Shown: positions 46,799 to 57,690 of the stretch, piece by piece | How positions within the stretch are numbered: the stretch's first letter is position 1 | Layout: every line of letters starts with the position of its first letter | Assembly (NCBI GenBank): GCA_032128375.1 | Contig: JAQBGU010000034.1 | Span: 1 to 64,000 of the forward strand | Length of the DNA stretch: 64,000 nucleotides | Direction: 5' to 3' | From: Deltaproteobacteria bacterium | GTDB lineage: Bacteria > Myxococcota_A > UBA9160 > SMWR01 | The notes under the pieces: generated by a model | Database searches by the model: none | Seen by the model: only the letters and a program-made list of their open reading frames with translations | What the model was told of the DNA's origin: nothing | Program-made: the position numbers and the translations under genes

Positions 46799-47674
46799 AT
46801 GACCCATTCGGTAACTCAGACAATGCTGGCTCTGTTGGCACTCACGAAGCCGCGGATCATTTTGCTCGTGTTGTTCACGGGCCTGCCCGTCATGGCGATG
46901 GGGAGCGCGGGATGGCCAGGCTTCGGCTTCGCGATGTCGACCCTGTTCGGGATTTCGCTGGCCGCCGGCGCCGCCAACGCGCTGAACTGTTATATCGAGC
47001 GCGATCTCGACGCGCTGATGGATCGCACAGCCAACCGGCCGCTACCCGCGAAGCTGATCGCACCCTCGACCGCATTGTGGTTCGGGCTCTCACTCGCTGT
47101 CATCGCGACGGTCATCCTGAACGCGGTAGCCGGGCCCCTGCCAGCGGCGCTCGGTGTCGCGAGCATTCTGTTCTACGTCTTCGTCTACACGGTCTGGATC
47201 AAACCTCGCAGCCCGCTAAGCGCTGTCATCGGTGGGGCCGCGGGCGCCGCCGCTCCGCTGATCGCTGACGCTGCTGTGAATGGTTCGGTGGGTGCCGCCG
47301 GTTGGCTGGTCTTCGCGATTGTGTTTTTCTGGCAGCCGCCCCATGTATGGGCGATCGCGCTATTTCGCAAGCAAGATTACGCCAGGGCTGGGATTCCGAT
47401 GATGCCGAACGTCGTCGGTGATCAACCGACTCGCTGGCGGATGCTGTGGTACACGCTCGCGCTGGTACCGGTCACGCTGGCTCCGCTCCCGCTCGGTCTG
47501 CTGGGATGGGTCTATCTCGCCGCCGCTATTGTGCTCGACGCCTGGTTCGTCTGGCTCGCAGTGGCTGTCTTGCGAGAGCGTACAGATGCCGCCGCACGCA
47601 GGATGTTTCACGCGTCCCTGGGTTTCCTATTTGCGCTGGTTGCGGCGATGTTGCTGGATCGGGCGATCCTGTAG
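46799..47674 (+). CDS. cyoE: Protoheme IX farnesyltransferase (heme o synthase)
   Basis: LTKPRI, NCYIERDLDALMDRTANRPL, YTVWIKP, FFWQPPHVWA, DYARAGIPM. Confidence 0.93.
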   Translation: MTHSVTQTMLALLALTKPRIILLVLFTGLPVMAMGSAGWPGFGFAMSTLFGISLAAGAANALNCYIERDLDALMDRTANRPLPAKLIAPSTALWFGLSLAVIATVILNAVAGPLPAALGVASILFYVFVYTVWIKPRSPLSAVIGGAAGAAAPLIADAAVNGSVGAAGWLVFAIVFFWQPPHVWAIALFRKQDYARAGIPMMPNVVGDQPTRWRMLWYTLALVPVTLAPLPLGLLGWVYLAAAIVLDAWFVWLAVAVLRERTDAAARRMFHASLGFLFALVAAMLLDRAIL

Positions 47675-47794
47675 CGGCATTCCTCGGCTTTTCTGCGAGG
47701 AGTGACTCCAAGGGCATCTGATCGAGGGCCGGCTGCGCACGGGGCACCTGCCGCGCCTCAACGAGCAGGGCCTGTCCGGTTGACCGGCTCTGGC

Positions 47795-48010
47795 CTACTG
47801 GCCGTCGTTGGCCACACGGCTTTTTTCCTTCAGTCGGAACGGCGGGTAGACCGGTACTTCGACCCGAAGGACCGTTCCGTCGGGACTCGTGAGCTCGCGG
47901 ACGACTTTGCAGATCGGCTCGAGAGCTTCGCCTTCGATCGTTCGAGAATTCGGCTCGAAATTGTTTGCGCCGGTTTCATTCGTTTCCGCTCTTCGGGTCT
48001 TGCTCGCCAT
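47795..48010 (-). CDS. Small hypothetical protein (71 aa)
   Basis: SD AAGGAG + ATG; only plausible ORF between cyoE and leuS; compact motif LTSPDGTVLRVEVPVYPPFRL. Confidence 0.6.
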   Translation of the reverse strand: MASKTRRAETNETGANNFEPNSRTIEGEALEPICKVVRELTSPDGTVLRVEVPVYPPFRLKEKSRVANDGQ

Positions 48011-48174
48011 GGCTTCGATCTCCTTCAGGTTCTGCCTCGCGGGACTGCTTGGGTTGGACGCAGTTCCACAGGAGTAGATCGGCAGAAGGTCTGACGAATT
48101 TCACCGGAAAGTCGCTGTAGGTCCGCATTTGTAGATGCACAAATAAAGGCGAACAAAAGGCGAAAATAGAGATC

Positions 48175-48200
48175 AAAATAAAACCCGCTGGAGAGCGGGT
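48175..48200 (-). terminator. Rho-independent terminator-like hairpin
   Basis: Minus strand ACCCGCT-CTCC-AGCGGGT followed by TTTATTTT. Confidence 0.7.
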
Positions 48201-48511
48201 AAGTTTCGCGCGAACCCGAGGAGAATAGCACAGGTTCGAAATCCCGCAATAGATTTTTCGAAACAGCTCCCCTAATTGCATGAAACCGGGTCAAAGGCGA
48301 CTTGGGACGATCAAATCACAGCCGAAATGCTCACAGAACGTTGTTCTGAAGTCGCTGCTTGACAGCTGCCTAGCGCGAATCGTTCGCTCAAGTCGCTCCA
48401 GTGCGCTCTTGGCTGGCGTGGTGATTGGGCTATTGAGCGTTCTCCGTCAGCGTTCTTGGCCAATGGTTCCTGGCCCCAACCAACACCAACCCATTGTTGC
48501 CAACCGACCGT

Positions 48512-51160
48512 TCAACCAACGATGTTGACGAGTCGACCCGGGACGATGATGACCCGCTTGGGTTGCCTTCCGTCCAGGTGCCTTCGTACGCTGGCCAGCG
48601 CGAGAGCGGCATTTTCGATCTCGCGCGGCGCAGCATCGACCGCCATCTCGAGCTGGTCTCGGCGTTTCCCGTTGACCTGCACCGTCAGTCGCACCACTTC
48701 GGAGACCAGCAGCGAGGTATCCGCCTGCGGCCAGGGCTCGTGCGCGATTGATTTCTTGTGACCGATCCGCTCCCAAAGCTCCTCTGCCAGATGCGGTGCG
48801 AACGGAGCCAGCATCAGCAGGAACGACTCGGCGGCATCCCGCGGGAGATTTGCATCGCGCGCGATTTCGCGTGTGAAAACCATCAGTTTCGAGATCGCGG
48901 TATTGAACCGCATCGCCTCGATGTCTTCGGTCACTGCGACGATCGTCTGCGCGGCCAACCGGCGCTGCTGCGAAGTTCCGCCGCCTTCAGACATCCCTAC
49001 CACTCGCTCCGCTGGGGTGTCGATTGGGCCTTCGTCGATAAAGAGCCGATAGGCCCGCTGCAAGAATCGCTGCACACCGGGGATCGAGTCGTCAGACCAG
49101 GGCGCGCCCTTGTCCAGGGGCCCCATGAACATCGAGTACAACCGCAGTGAATCGGTTCCGAAGCGCTCGATGACATCATCCGGGCTGATCACGTTGCCCC
49201 GGCTCTTCGACATCTTCTCGGTGACTTCTTCGAGCACGAGGCCTTCGATTTCCGGATGCATGGGCGTACCGTCGCCCGCGAACACTACTTCTGAGGTCTG
49301 TACCCAGCGCGCCTTCAGCTCGACGCCGGTCTCCATGTGAACTGTGGTTTCGCCATCCAGCCGGGCCTGCGAGGCGGGGAAAGCGCACGTGGCCCGGTCG
49401 GAATCGTCGCCCAGGTTGTCATCGTAGTAGCGATAGCTATAGCCGAGGACCATGCCAGGGTTCAGAAGTTTGGCGAACGGTTCCGGCGTGTGTACCAGGC
49501 CGAGATCGAACAGCACCTTGTGCCAGAAGCGCGCGTAGAGCAGGTGCAGCACAGCGTGCTCGGCGCCTCCAACATAGAGATCGACGGGCATCCAGTAGCG
49601 TTCGGCCTCGCTCGACCACGCCTGCTCGGTGTTGTGCGGGTCGCAGAACCGGAGGTAGTACCAACAGCTTCCGGCCCACTGGGGCATCGTGTTGGCGTCG
49701 CGCAGTAGCGTCTCGCCAGTTTCGGGATGCTTCATTTCGAGCCACTCGTGGGCTCGCGACAGGGGCGCTTCGAAGTCTCCAGTCGGCCGGTACTCGTCGA
49801 GTTCCGGAAGTAGGACCGGCAGTTCCGACTCCGCGACCAATTCAGTCCGCCCGTCTTCGTGGTGGACGATCGGGAATGGCTCGCCCCAGTATCGCTGGCG
49901 ACTGAACAGCCAGTCGCGCAGCTTGTAACTGACCGTCGATTCGCCTTTTTCGTTTTTTTGCAACCACGCGCACATCCGCGTTTTGGCCTCCGCCGTCGAC
50001 AATCCGTCGAGGAAGTCCGAGGCGACTGCGACCCCTTCACCAACGAAGGCCCCCGAATCGAGGTTCCCTCCGGAGACGACTTCCACGATCGGTAGATCGA
50101 AGCGCTTTGCGAATTCGTAATCGCGTTCGTCGTGCCCGGGCACGGCCATCACAGCACCGGTGCCGTAGGTCGCGAGCACGTAGTCAGCGACCCAAATGGG
50201 CAGCGGGGCGCCAGTCACCGGGTGCTGAGCGGTTGTACCCGTGAAGACTCCCGTCTTCGTCTTGCTGTCGGACATCCGCGCCCGCTCGCTGCGTCGCGCC
50301 GCAGCGTCGACGTAGGCTGATACTTCGGCGCGCTGCCCGTCGGTTGTGATCCGATTGACCAGTTCGTGCTCGGGTGCCAGCACCATGTAGGTGGCGCCGA
50401 AAAGCGTGTCGGGTCGGGTCGTGAAGACCTCGATTTTGTCTCGATATGCATCCTGGCTGAGTGCGAATTCGATGCGCGCGCCTTCCGACCGGCCGACCCA
50501 GTCACGCTGCATCTTCTTGATCGACTCGGGCCAATCAACGCCCTCGAGGTCGTCGATCAGCCGATCCGCGTAGGCGGTGATGCGCAGCATCCACTGCCGC
50601 ATCGGCATGCGAATGACCGGATGCCCACCGCGCTCACTCTTGCCGTCGATGACCTCTTCGTTCGCCAGCACGGTGCCGAGTGCAGCGCACCAGTTCACCG
50701 GAACTTCGGCGATGTAAGCCAGGTCCCGCTGGTAGAGTTTCGAGAAGATCCACTGGGTCCAGCGCACATAGCCGGGGTCGGTCGTGTCGATCTCGCGCGA
50801 CCAATCGTAGTCCATCCCGAGCGCCTGGAACTGGCGACGGAAGTTGTCGATGTTGTTTGCGGTCGTCTCGCGTGGGTGCGTGCCTGTCTCGATCGCGTAC
50901 TGCTCGGCGGGCAGGCCGAATGCGTCCCAACCCATCGGATGCAGCACGTTGAACCCGCACATGCGCTTATAACGCGACAGCACATCGGTGGCGATGTAGC
51001 CCTTCGGATGGCCGACGTGGAGCCCTGCGCCCGAAGGGTAGGGGAACATATCGAGCGCGAAGAATTTCGGCTTTGCCGGGTTGATCTCCGCGCGAAATAC
51101 CTGATTCTCGCGCCAATAGGCCTGCCACTTGGGCTCGATTGCCTTGGGGTCATAGGGCAT
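48512..51160 (-). CDS. leuS: Leucine-tRNA ligase
   Basis: [31 protein letters not shown] editing domain, SRQRYWG, KMSKS, VQVNGK. Confidence 0.97.
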   Translation of the reverse strand: MPYDPKAIEPKWQAYWRENQVFRAEINPAKPKFFALDMFPYPSGAGLHVGHPKGYIATDVLSRYKRMCGFNVLHPMGWDAFGLPAEQYAIETGTHPRETTANNIDNFRRQFQALGMDYDWSREIDTTDPGYVRWTQWIFSKLYQRDLAYIAEVPVNWCAALGTVLANEEVIDGKSERGGHPVIRMPMRQWMLRITAYADRLIDDLEGVDWPESIKKMQRDWVGRSEGARIEFALSQDAYRDKIEVFTTRPDTLFGATYMVLAPEHELVNRITTDGQRAEVSAYVDAAARRSERARMSDSKTKTGVFTGTTAQHPVTGAPLPIWVADYVLATYGTGAVMAVPGHDERDYEFAKRFDLPIVEVVSGGNLDSGAFVGEGVAVASDFLDGLSTAEAKTRMCAWLQKNEKGESTVSYKLRDWLFSRQRYWGEPFPIVHHEDGRTELVAESELPVLLPELDEYRPTGDFEAPLSRAHEWLEMKHPETGETLLRDANTMPQWAGSCWYYLRFCDPHNTEQAWSSEAERYWMPVDLYVGGAEHAVLHLLYARFWHKVLFDLGLVHTPEPFAKLLNPGMVLGYSYRYYDDNLGDDSDRATCAFPASQARLDGETTVHMETGVELKARWVQTSEVVFAGDGTPMHPEIEGLVLEEVTEKMSKSRGNVISPDDVIERFGTDSLRLYSMFMGPLDKGAPWSDDSIPGVQRFLQRAYRLFIDEGPIDTPAERVVGMSEGGGTSQQRRLAAQTIVAVTEDIEAMRFNTAISKLMVFTREIARDANLPRDAAESFLLMLAPFAPHLAEELWERIGHKKSIAHEPWPQADTSLLVSEVVRLTVQVNGKRRDQLEMAVDAAPREIENAALALASVRRHLDGRQPKRVIIVPGRLVNIVG

Positions 51161-51255
51161 GGCGAAGGAGAGTTACGGCGACGGGCGGGAGAGTCAACGA
51201 CTCTCCCGCCCGCGATGTCCGATTTGCGGCTTACGCGTAGCTTTCGGATCGTGTC

Positions 51256-54200
51256 TTACTGATCGTCGTCTCGCAGGCCGAGCTTCTTCTCCCGCTCCTT
51301 CTGGATATGGATGGCCTGCATCTGCTCATCACTGAGCAGCGCGGTGGCGACCTTCGGGCGCAGGATCGAGTAGAAAGTCGGCACGATCGTGATGGCGCCG
51401 AGCATGTTGATCACCATCAAGATTACCAGCAGCTGGGCCATTTCGGCCTGGAACCGGAGGTTCGAAAACATCCACCAGATGATCCCACCGACGATTGTGG
51501 TGGCCGTGAAGCTCACCGCCATGCCGGTCGTGCGTATCGCGCGCCGGACCGCTTCGTCGATGTCGGCCGTGTCGACCACCTCCTGGCGAATCCGGTCGAC
51601 GATGTAGATCGCGTAATCGACCCCGATCCCGACCCCCACCGACTGGACCGGCAGCGTGTTGATGTTGAGGCCGATATTTCGGATCGACATGTACGCCAGG
51701 CTCATCATCGTCGCGGTCGAGATCTGCAGCAGGATGATCAAACCACTGGGGACCGATTGGTAGGTGACCGAGTGCAGCACGAAGATGACGACAAAGATCA
51801 GCGTGATGTTGGCCACGTGACTGCGCTCGACTTCCTCGTTGATCGCCGCCAGGATCCCCATCGCGCCGCCGGCCATCACGAACTGGACACCGCGCGTCCA
51901 CGAGTTCGTCGGCTGGTATTTCGGAAGTGAGTTGACCGCTCGCATGTCGGCGACGATCAAATCCTTGGTGTTGACGGCGACCCCGCGAATCGCGAGTTCC
52001 TCGTTTTCCCACCAATAGTCGACGTCATCGGGCGACCAAGCGGCGAGCGTCTCGGGCCAAGTAAACACCTCATCTTCTTCGGTCCCGTCCAGCGCGTCGC
52101 CGTAGTCTTCGATCGCACCTTCTTGAAACTCTCCGATCCACGCCGGCAGGCCGTCTCGAGAGGCGGTCTTGACTGGCTCCGATCGATACGAGCCATCGGG
52201 TTGGCGGATGCGGACCTCCAGCGTGTAGTGCCGCGGCGAGAGCAACGGTCCGAGCATGTAGTAAGTCATGTCTATGAGCTTGTCGGCATTGAAAAACGAC
52301 GCGTCGGCCTGAGCCTTGTCCATGTCGAGTCGAATCGAGACCTCACCCAGCGGATTTTCCTCGACGAATTTCTCGGCGAAGTGGCGCGCGAATTCGATGG
52401 TCTCGCCCTTGTGGTCGGGGTAGAAGAATGAGATCGCGGCCTTCCTGCCATCGTCGGTCATGAAGGGTCGCAGGAAGCCCGGAGCACCGTTTTGCTGCAG
52501 CTGGAAGATCATCGCACGAACCGTGCCGGTATTTTCCGGGATGAAATACCACTTCGGATCGCCGTAGTGGTTGATTCGCCATGAGGTGCGCAGAAACGGC
52601 ACGAGTGATACTGACGCACCGAGATTGGTTTCGGCCTTCAGGTAGCGCTCGAAGCGCTCCATCGCCTGGATCGGCGCAGAATCCGCACTGGCGTTGGGGC
52701 GGTCGCCATCGGCGTAAACGGTCATCGCGTCGATGCCACCGAAGCGTGTCGCGATTTCTGCGGTGGCTTGGTTCCATTCGTGGCTCGGCCAGAGCAACGG
52801 AGTTCCCGGTGTGGCCTCGCCGATCTTCGAGTGGAACAGCGCGATGTAGGACGAACTGATCAGCAGCACGAACGTGCTTACGCCGATCACGTATTTCCAC
52901 TGCGGGTGGGTCGTGACATTGCCGACACCGCGGGTGAACCGAACCATGAACGCGGGCAAGAAGTGCTCGTGCTCCTTCGGTGCCGGCATGTAGCAGATCA
53001 TTACCGGGTGCAGAATCTCGACCGTCATGATGATCGAGGCCACCCAGAATGCGCCGAAGATGCCGAGGTTCTGCATCTGCGGAATCGACGTAACCAAGAT
53101 CACGAGCAGTCCCGCCACGTCGGTCACGATTCCCAGGGTCCCGGGCACCACCAGCTCGCTCATCGCGACCGTCGCCACTTCGATTTTTGCGCGCTGCGGA
53201 TCGCCATAAATCGGCAGGTAGACTTCGTAGTCTTCGAAGAACCGCTCGGCCATCTGTACCGTATGCGAAACGGCACGCGCGGTGATGATCATCGGAATCA
53301 CCAGAATCAACGGGTCGAAGTTGATCCCCATCCAGCCGGTAAATCCCAGACCCCAGATGACCGTCATCATCGCGGCGATTGCCGGGATGACGACCCCGTG
53401 CCAGCGGCGGAAATACAGCCACAGCAGCCCGAAAATCGTCACGATCGTCAGACCCAGATACAAGAGAATTTCGAACGCGTGCTTGAAGATCCAGCCGACC
53501 AGGATCGGTCCGCCGGAAACGTGGATCTTGATCTCGTCGGTCTCGAAGTCGGCTTTGATCTGCTGTACGTGTCTGAATACCGCGTCGTAGACGGAGCGGT
53601 TGCTCAAGCGTTCGTTCACGAAACCGGCGGTCACCAACGCGCCCTTTTCATCGTATGAGACGAGTCGGCCGAAAATGAACGGGGGGTTCTGCCGAACCAA
53701 TTCACGAAGATCGTCTGCAACTTGCTGCGACTCCGGCACTCCCTTCATCAGCACATCGGTCGTGATGGAACCGTCTGATTCGATCTGCACAACCCGGGTA
53801 CTGCCGTGCGCGACCGAATTGATCTGGTCGTGGTTGACCGGGTAGGGGGGATAGGCGCGGTCTAGTGCATTGCGGATTTCGGGGACCGTGAGGTTCCCAG
53901 CTTCTTCCAATTCGTCACGGAGTTCTTCGCGCTCGTCGGTATGACTCTCGAAGCCCACGCCGTCGAGGCGCCGGGTCACTTCGCGGATCAGGGCCAGCCG
54001 TTCGGGCGTGAAGATCGTGCCGTCTTCGACCGTGACGGCCACGGCGACCAGCTGGGAGCCACCGAACGTTTTACCGAACTTGTCCTGTGCGTGGATATAC
54101 GGATGATCCGGGAAGAGGTCTCTCGGGCTGGTATCGATCCGCACCAACGGGCCGGGCAGGCCGTGTCCGAAGGCGGTCATCGCCGTATTCAAGATCGGGT

Positions 54201-54324
54201 AGAAGAAGAACGCGCTGACGGAGATCAATAACATCGCGACAGGAAAACGGTTTCGAACGACAAAACGCGCAAATTCGAGTGTCTTGCTCTGTCTCGGTTC
54301 GTGCTGTTCGGGGGTTTCGGACAT
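51256..54324 (-). CDS. MMPL/RND family transporter with large periplasmic insertions
   Basis: Two TM bundles, ARAVSHTVQ, GVGIGVDYAIY, AIRTTGMAV, LRFQAEM. Confidence 0.88.
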   Translation of the reverse strand: MSETPEQHEPRQSKTLEFARFVVRNRFPVAMLLISVSAFFFYPILNTAMTAFGHGLPGPLVRIDTSPRDLFPDHPYIHAQDKFGKTFGGSQLVAVAVTVEDGTIFTPERLALIREVTRRLDGVGFESHTDEREELRDELEEAGNLTVPEIRNALDRAYPPYPVNHDQINSVAHGSTRVVQIESDGSITTDVLMKGVPESQQVADDLRELVRQNPPFIFGRLVSYDEKGALVTAGFVNERLSNRSVYDAVFRHVQQIKADFETDEIKIHVSGGPILVGWIFKHAFEILLYLGLTIVTIFGLLWLYFRRWHGVVIPAIAAMMTVIWGLGFTGWMGINFDPLILVIPMIITARAVSHTVQMAERFFEDYEVYLPIYGDPQRAKIEVATVAMSELVVPGTLGIVTDVAGLLVILVTSIPQMQNLGIFGAFWVASIIMTVEILHPVMICYMPAPKEHEHFLPAFMVRFTRGVGNVTTHPQWKYVIGVSTFVLLISSSYIALFHSKIGEATPGTPLLWPSHEWNQATAEIATRFGGIDAMTVYADGDRPNASADSAPIQAMERFERYLKAETNLGASVSLVPFLRTSWRINHYGDPKWYFIPENTGTVRAMIFQLQQNGAPGFLRPFMTDDGRKAAISFFYPDHKGETIEFARHFAEKFVEENPLGEVSIRLDMDKAQADASFFNADKLIDMTYYMLGPLLSPRHYTLEVRIRQPDGSYRSEPVKTASRDGLPAWIGEFQEGAIEDYGDALDGTEEDEVFTWPETLAAWSPDDVDYWWENEELAIRGVAVNTKDLIVADMRAVNSLPKYQPTNSWTRGVQFVMAGGAMGILAAINEEVERSHVANITLIFVVIFVLHSVTYQSVPSGLIILLQISTATMMSLAYMSIRNIGLNINTLPVQSVGVGIGVDYAIYIVDRIRQEVVDTADIDEAVRRAIRTTGMAVSFTATTIVGGIIWWMFSNLRFQAEMAQLLVILMVINMLGAITIVPTFYSILRPKVATALLSDEQMQAIHIQKEREKKLGLRDDDQ

Positions 54325-54691
54325 AGGAATTTCTGATGACCTCGTGGGAAACGATTTTCGTCAGCGCTTCGCGGCGCAAGAAGCGCCCCCCGGTGGTCGT
54401 CAGGGCGGGCGCCAAACGGTATTTCGTGGGGCTAGTGCTCGGTAGGTTCGGGCAAATTGTGCTCGGCACGATATTTCCGATGGCACCCTCCGGTCAAGAG
54501 CGATCTTGACATTTAAGCTGCCAAAACCTGGGGCTTCAGACGCGCGAGCCTGGTGGAGTGCTTCAATTTTGACCGGCGTGGGGAAACGAACACCTGGTCT
54601 GATCGGATTCGCGAGCAACGAGTATCGGGCGGTAGGGTGCGGGCCGACGCGGGACTCGAGCTGGATTTACACGGGACTCCCGCAGGGGTTC

Positions 54692-54744
54692 CACACAGGG
54701 TTCACACAGGGTTCACACAGGACTCACACAGGACTCACACAGGG
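54692..54744. repeat. 11-bp tandem repeat x5 (CACACAGG(GT/AC)T) overlapping the NYN stop codon
   Basis: Read directly. Confidence 0.9.
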
Positions 54745-55229
54745 CAACGAGCCAAGAAATCCCGTGGCGAAACGACCTGCGCCCCGCGGCTACGCGCCCG
54801 GCCCGCGACCTGGCGGTCAGCGGTGACGATGGCAAGCTCAGAGGGATCGGTTGCCTCGCGTACGCGGTCGACCAGCCATGCGTCGGCGGAAGGGGCGAAC
54901 AGGCAGCGCGGCCCGACCGCCTCGCGAGATTCCGGTGCGTCGTGGCGTCCATCAAACACGATCCAGACCTCGGCATCGGTGTCTTCGAAGCCACTGGCTC
55001 GATCCAACAACTCCTGCCGCCTCGATTCGGTCCACCATTCCGACCGGTCTCCGCCCAAAAGCCCAGCGTGCAGCACGTTGAATCCATCGACCAGCCAGAC
55101 GGAGGGGCGATTCTGGGCAGAATGCTGGGCTGGATGCTGGGCTGGAGTCGCGGATATGGAGCGGGCGGCGGCCCTTGCAACTGCCGCTGCAGCTGCAGCC
55201 CGTGAGGAAGGCGAGGATTTGTTGTCCAT
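54735..55229 (-). CDS. YacP/Rae1-like NYN (PIN-fold) nuclease; possible N-terminal TM extension from GTG 55436
   Basis: WLVDGFNVLH, WIVFDG, SADAWL, IVTADRQV..RGAQVV acidic motifs. Confidence 0.78.
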   Translation of the reverse strand: MDNKSSPSSRAAAAAAVARAAARSISATPAQHPAQHSAQNRPSVWLVDGFNVLHAGLLGGDRSEWWTESRRQELLDRASGFEDTDAEVWIVFDGRHDAPESREAVGPRCLFAPSADAWLVDRVREATDPSELAIVTADRQVAGRARSRGAQVVSPRDFLARCPV

Positions 55230-55544
55230 GCCGGCAGCGTAGATCGTTACAGCCGAGGCGTCGCGAAGCGGCCCGGGATCCGATCCGAGATTTCCCTCGA
55301 TCGTCGCCCATGCCAGGCCCGCGGCGGCGTAGCAGCCGATGATCGCCAAGGTCTCGAGCGCGCCACGTGCCAAGCGGCTCCAGCCTACGGAGCCGGCTTG
55401 CGAGTGCCTGAATTCATCGGTTTCGAAGTCAATCACGGATTGGCTCCTTCTGAAGGCCACATGGCCCGGCACTTGTCTTGGCAGTTGTTTCGGCTGTCGT
55501 CCTGGCTGTTGATTTGGTTGTTGATTGGGCTCGGACTCCGGCTG

Positions 55545-55592
55545 TCGCCAGGTCTCGCCAGGTCTCGCCAGGTCTCGCCAGGCCTCGCCAGG
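55545..55592. repeat. 10-bp tandem repeat (GGTCTCGCCA) about x5
   Basis: Read directly. Confidence 0.9.
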
Positions 55593-55971
55593 CTTTTTTT
55601 CATGCCTCTCCATGATCTTTTCCCGGTTCTCTCCCCGTCTTTCCCGCTTTCCTGGTTGTTGGGTCGGCTCCGGTCCCGGCTGGGCCAAGACCAAAAATGG
55701 ATTGAGGAGCCATCGGCGCTCGCCCGCGCTCGCCCGCACGCCAGCGACGCTGCCAGGGCCTCGTGACAGACCCGGTCACGACATCGCGCCGGGGGGTCGC
55801 CCGCTGTGAATCGACGACTTAGCGGCGGCCTCGCCGTGTCTGGACCTCATGGCTCTCGCTACGCCCGCCACATCGAGGCCCGCTCCGACCGGTGCCCGGC
55901 ACTATTTTCGCTTTATTCTCCGGCCCGGATTCGTTACATACCGTCGCGTCGACTCGTAGGGGAATCGCGGT

Positions 55972-57690
55972 TTGATCGCAGTTACGCATCACGACATCGT
56001 CATAGTCGGCGCCGGAGGGGCAGGCCTTCGCGCTGCCATCGCAGCCACAGAGGTCGACCCGGAAGTCTCGATCGGCCTGGTTTCGAAGGTCTACCCGATG
56101 CGCAGTCACACGGTATCTGCTGAAGGCGGAGCCGCGGCCATCGCGCGCGATGACGACAGTTTCGAGATGCACGGATTTGACACCGTGAAGGGCTCGGACT
56201 TTCTGGGCGACCAGGACGTCATCCAGTATTTCGTCGAGGAGGCCCCCAAGGAACTGACGCTGCTCGAGCACTGGGGTTGTCCGTGGAGCCGCAACGAGGA
56301 CGGCACCGTTGCCACGCGCGCGTTTGGTGGAATGTCGACCAAGCGCACCTGGTTCGCGACGGACAAGGTCGGCTTCCACATGCTGCATGCGCTGTTTCAG
56401 CATTCGCTGCGCTTCGACAACATCGTTCGGTACGACGAGTATTTCGTTACGCGCTTGTTGATCGATGATGGTGTGGTCCGTGGGGTCTCAGCGCTCGACA
56501 TCCGCACTGGCGTGATGCGGGTCGTGCTCGGTCGAGCGGTCGTGTTGGCGACGGGCGGCGCCGGTAAAATCTTTCCGTTTACCACGAATGGCAGCATCAA
56601 CACCGGCGACGGTATGGCACTGGCATATCGTGCAGGGGTCGCGCTGAAGGACATGGAGTTCGTCCAGTATCACCCGACGGGTTTGCCGGGGACGGGAATC
56701 CTGATCACCGAGGCGACCCGTGGTGAGGGCGGATTCCTGATCAACAGCGAGGGAGAGCGGTTTTTGACGACACGCGACTACGGTGTCGGTGCCAAGGCCG
56801 AACTTGGTCCTCGCGACATGATTTCGCGAGCAATCATTCAAGAAGTCGAGGCGGGTCGTGGTTTCGACGGCCCCTACGGCGCCTACGTTCATCTCGATCT
56901 GACCCATCTCGGCGAAGAGAAGATCGTCAGCCGCCTGCCGATGGTGCAAGAACTGTCCAAGATCTACATCGGCGTCGACCCGGTTCATGCGCCGATTCCG
57001 GTGCGCCCTGTCGTGCATTACATGATGGGCGGTATCGACACAGACATCACGGCCGCCACGTCGCTTCCGGGGCTCTACGCGGCCGGCGAGTGCGCATCGG
57101 CTTCGCTGAACGGATCGAATCGACTGGGATCGAATTCGCTCACAGAGTGTCTGGTCTTCGGTGCCTCCGCTGGACGCAACGCGGTTGCATTCGCGAAGGA
57201 TGCGAGTGAGGGAAACGAGAGCGAACTGCGCCGCCAAGGCGAAGACGAGGCGGCTCGTATCGAAGTGCTGCGCGGCAAGCAGAAGGGCGGTGAGAAACTC
57301 TCTAGGATTCGTGCGGACCTGCACCACACGATGGAAACCGGCTGCGGTGTGTATCGGATGAAGGAGACGATGGACGAAACCGCAAGCACCGTTGCACAGC
57401 TGAAGGGGCGCTATGCGGATGTGGCGCTCGACGATTCGAGCACGGTATTCAATACTGAACTGACCCTTGCCCTCGAGATGGGCAACCTGCTCGATGTGGC
57501 CGAGGCGGTAGCCAACTCTGCTGCATCGCGAGACGAATCGCGTGGTGCGCACACCCGACGCGACTTCACGAAGCGCGATGATGCGAACTTCCTGTACCAC
57601 ACGCTGTGCTATTTCGATCCAGCCGGGCCCAGGCTCGACAAGAAGGACGTGACACTGGGCAAGTGGGAGCCCGAGGAGCGGAAGTACTGA
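55972..57690 (+). CDS. frdA: Fumarate reductase/succinate dehydrogenase flavoprotein subunit
   Basis: GAGGAG, SKVYPMRSHTVSAEGG (covalent FAD His), QYHPTG, RGEGG, ELGPRD, HYMMGG, NRLGSNSL, ESRGAH. Confidence 0.92.
   Translation: MIAVTHHDIVIVGAGGAGLRAAIAATEVDPEVSIGLVSKVYPMRSHTVSAEGGAAAIARDDDSFEMHGFDTVKGSDFLGDQDVIQYFVEEAPKELTLLEHWGCPWSRNEDGTVATRAFGGMSTKRTWFATDKVGFHMLHALFQHSLRFDNIVRYDEYFVTRLLIDDGVVRGVSALDIRTGVMRVVLGRAVVLATGGAGKIFPFTTNGSINTGDGMALAYRAGVALKDMEFVQYHPTGLPGTGILITEATRGEGGFLINSEGERFLTTRDYGVGAKAELGPRDMISRAIIQEVEAGRGFDGPYGAYVHLDLTHLGEEKIVSRLPMVQELSKIYIGVDPVHAPIPVRPVVHYMMGGIDTDITAATSLPGLYAAGECASASLNGSNRLGSNSLTECLVFGASAGRNAVAFAKDASEGNESELRRQGEDEAARIEVLRGKQKGGEKLSRIRADLHHTMETGCGVYRMKETMDETASTVAQLKGRYADVALDDSSTVFNTELTLALEMGNLLDVAEAVANSAASRDESRGAHTRRDFTKRDDANFLYHTLCYFDPAGPRLDKKDVTLGKWEPEERKY

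Noticed and set aside
48275..48295. Sigma-54 promoter on the minus strand (TTGACCCGGTTTCATGCA)
   Set aside because: It lacks the invariant GG at -24.
48334..48348. LexA box (CAGAAC-GTT-GTTCTG)
   Set aside because: The spacer is 3 nt rather than the 4 nt of the GAAC-N4-GTTC box, and no SOS gene is adjacent.
55437..55739. Extreme N-terminal part of the 334-aa ORF at 54735..55739
   Set aside because: Low-complexity, contains 10-bp non-triplet repeats, and lies upstream of a strong SD at about 55444; probably non-coding.
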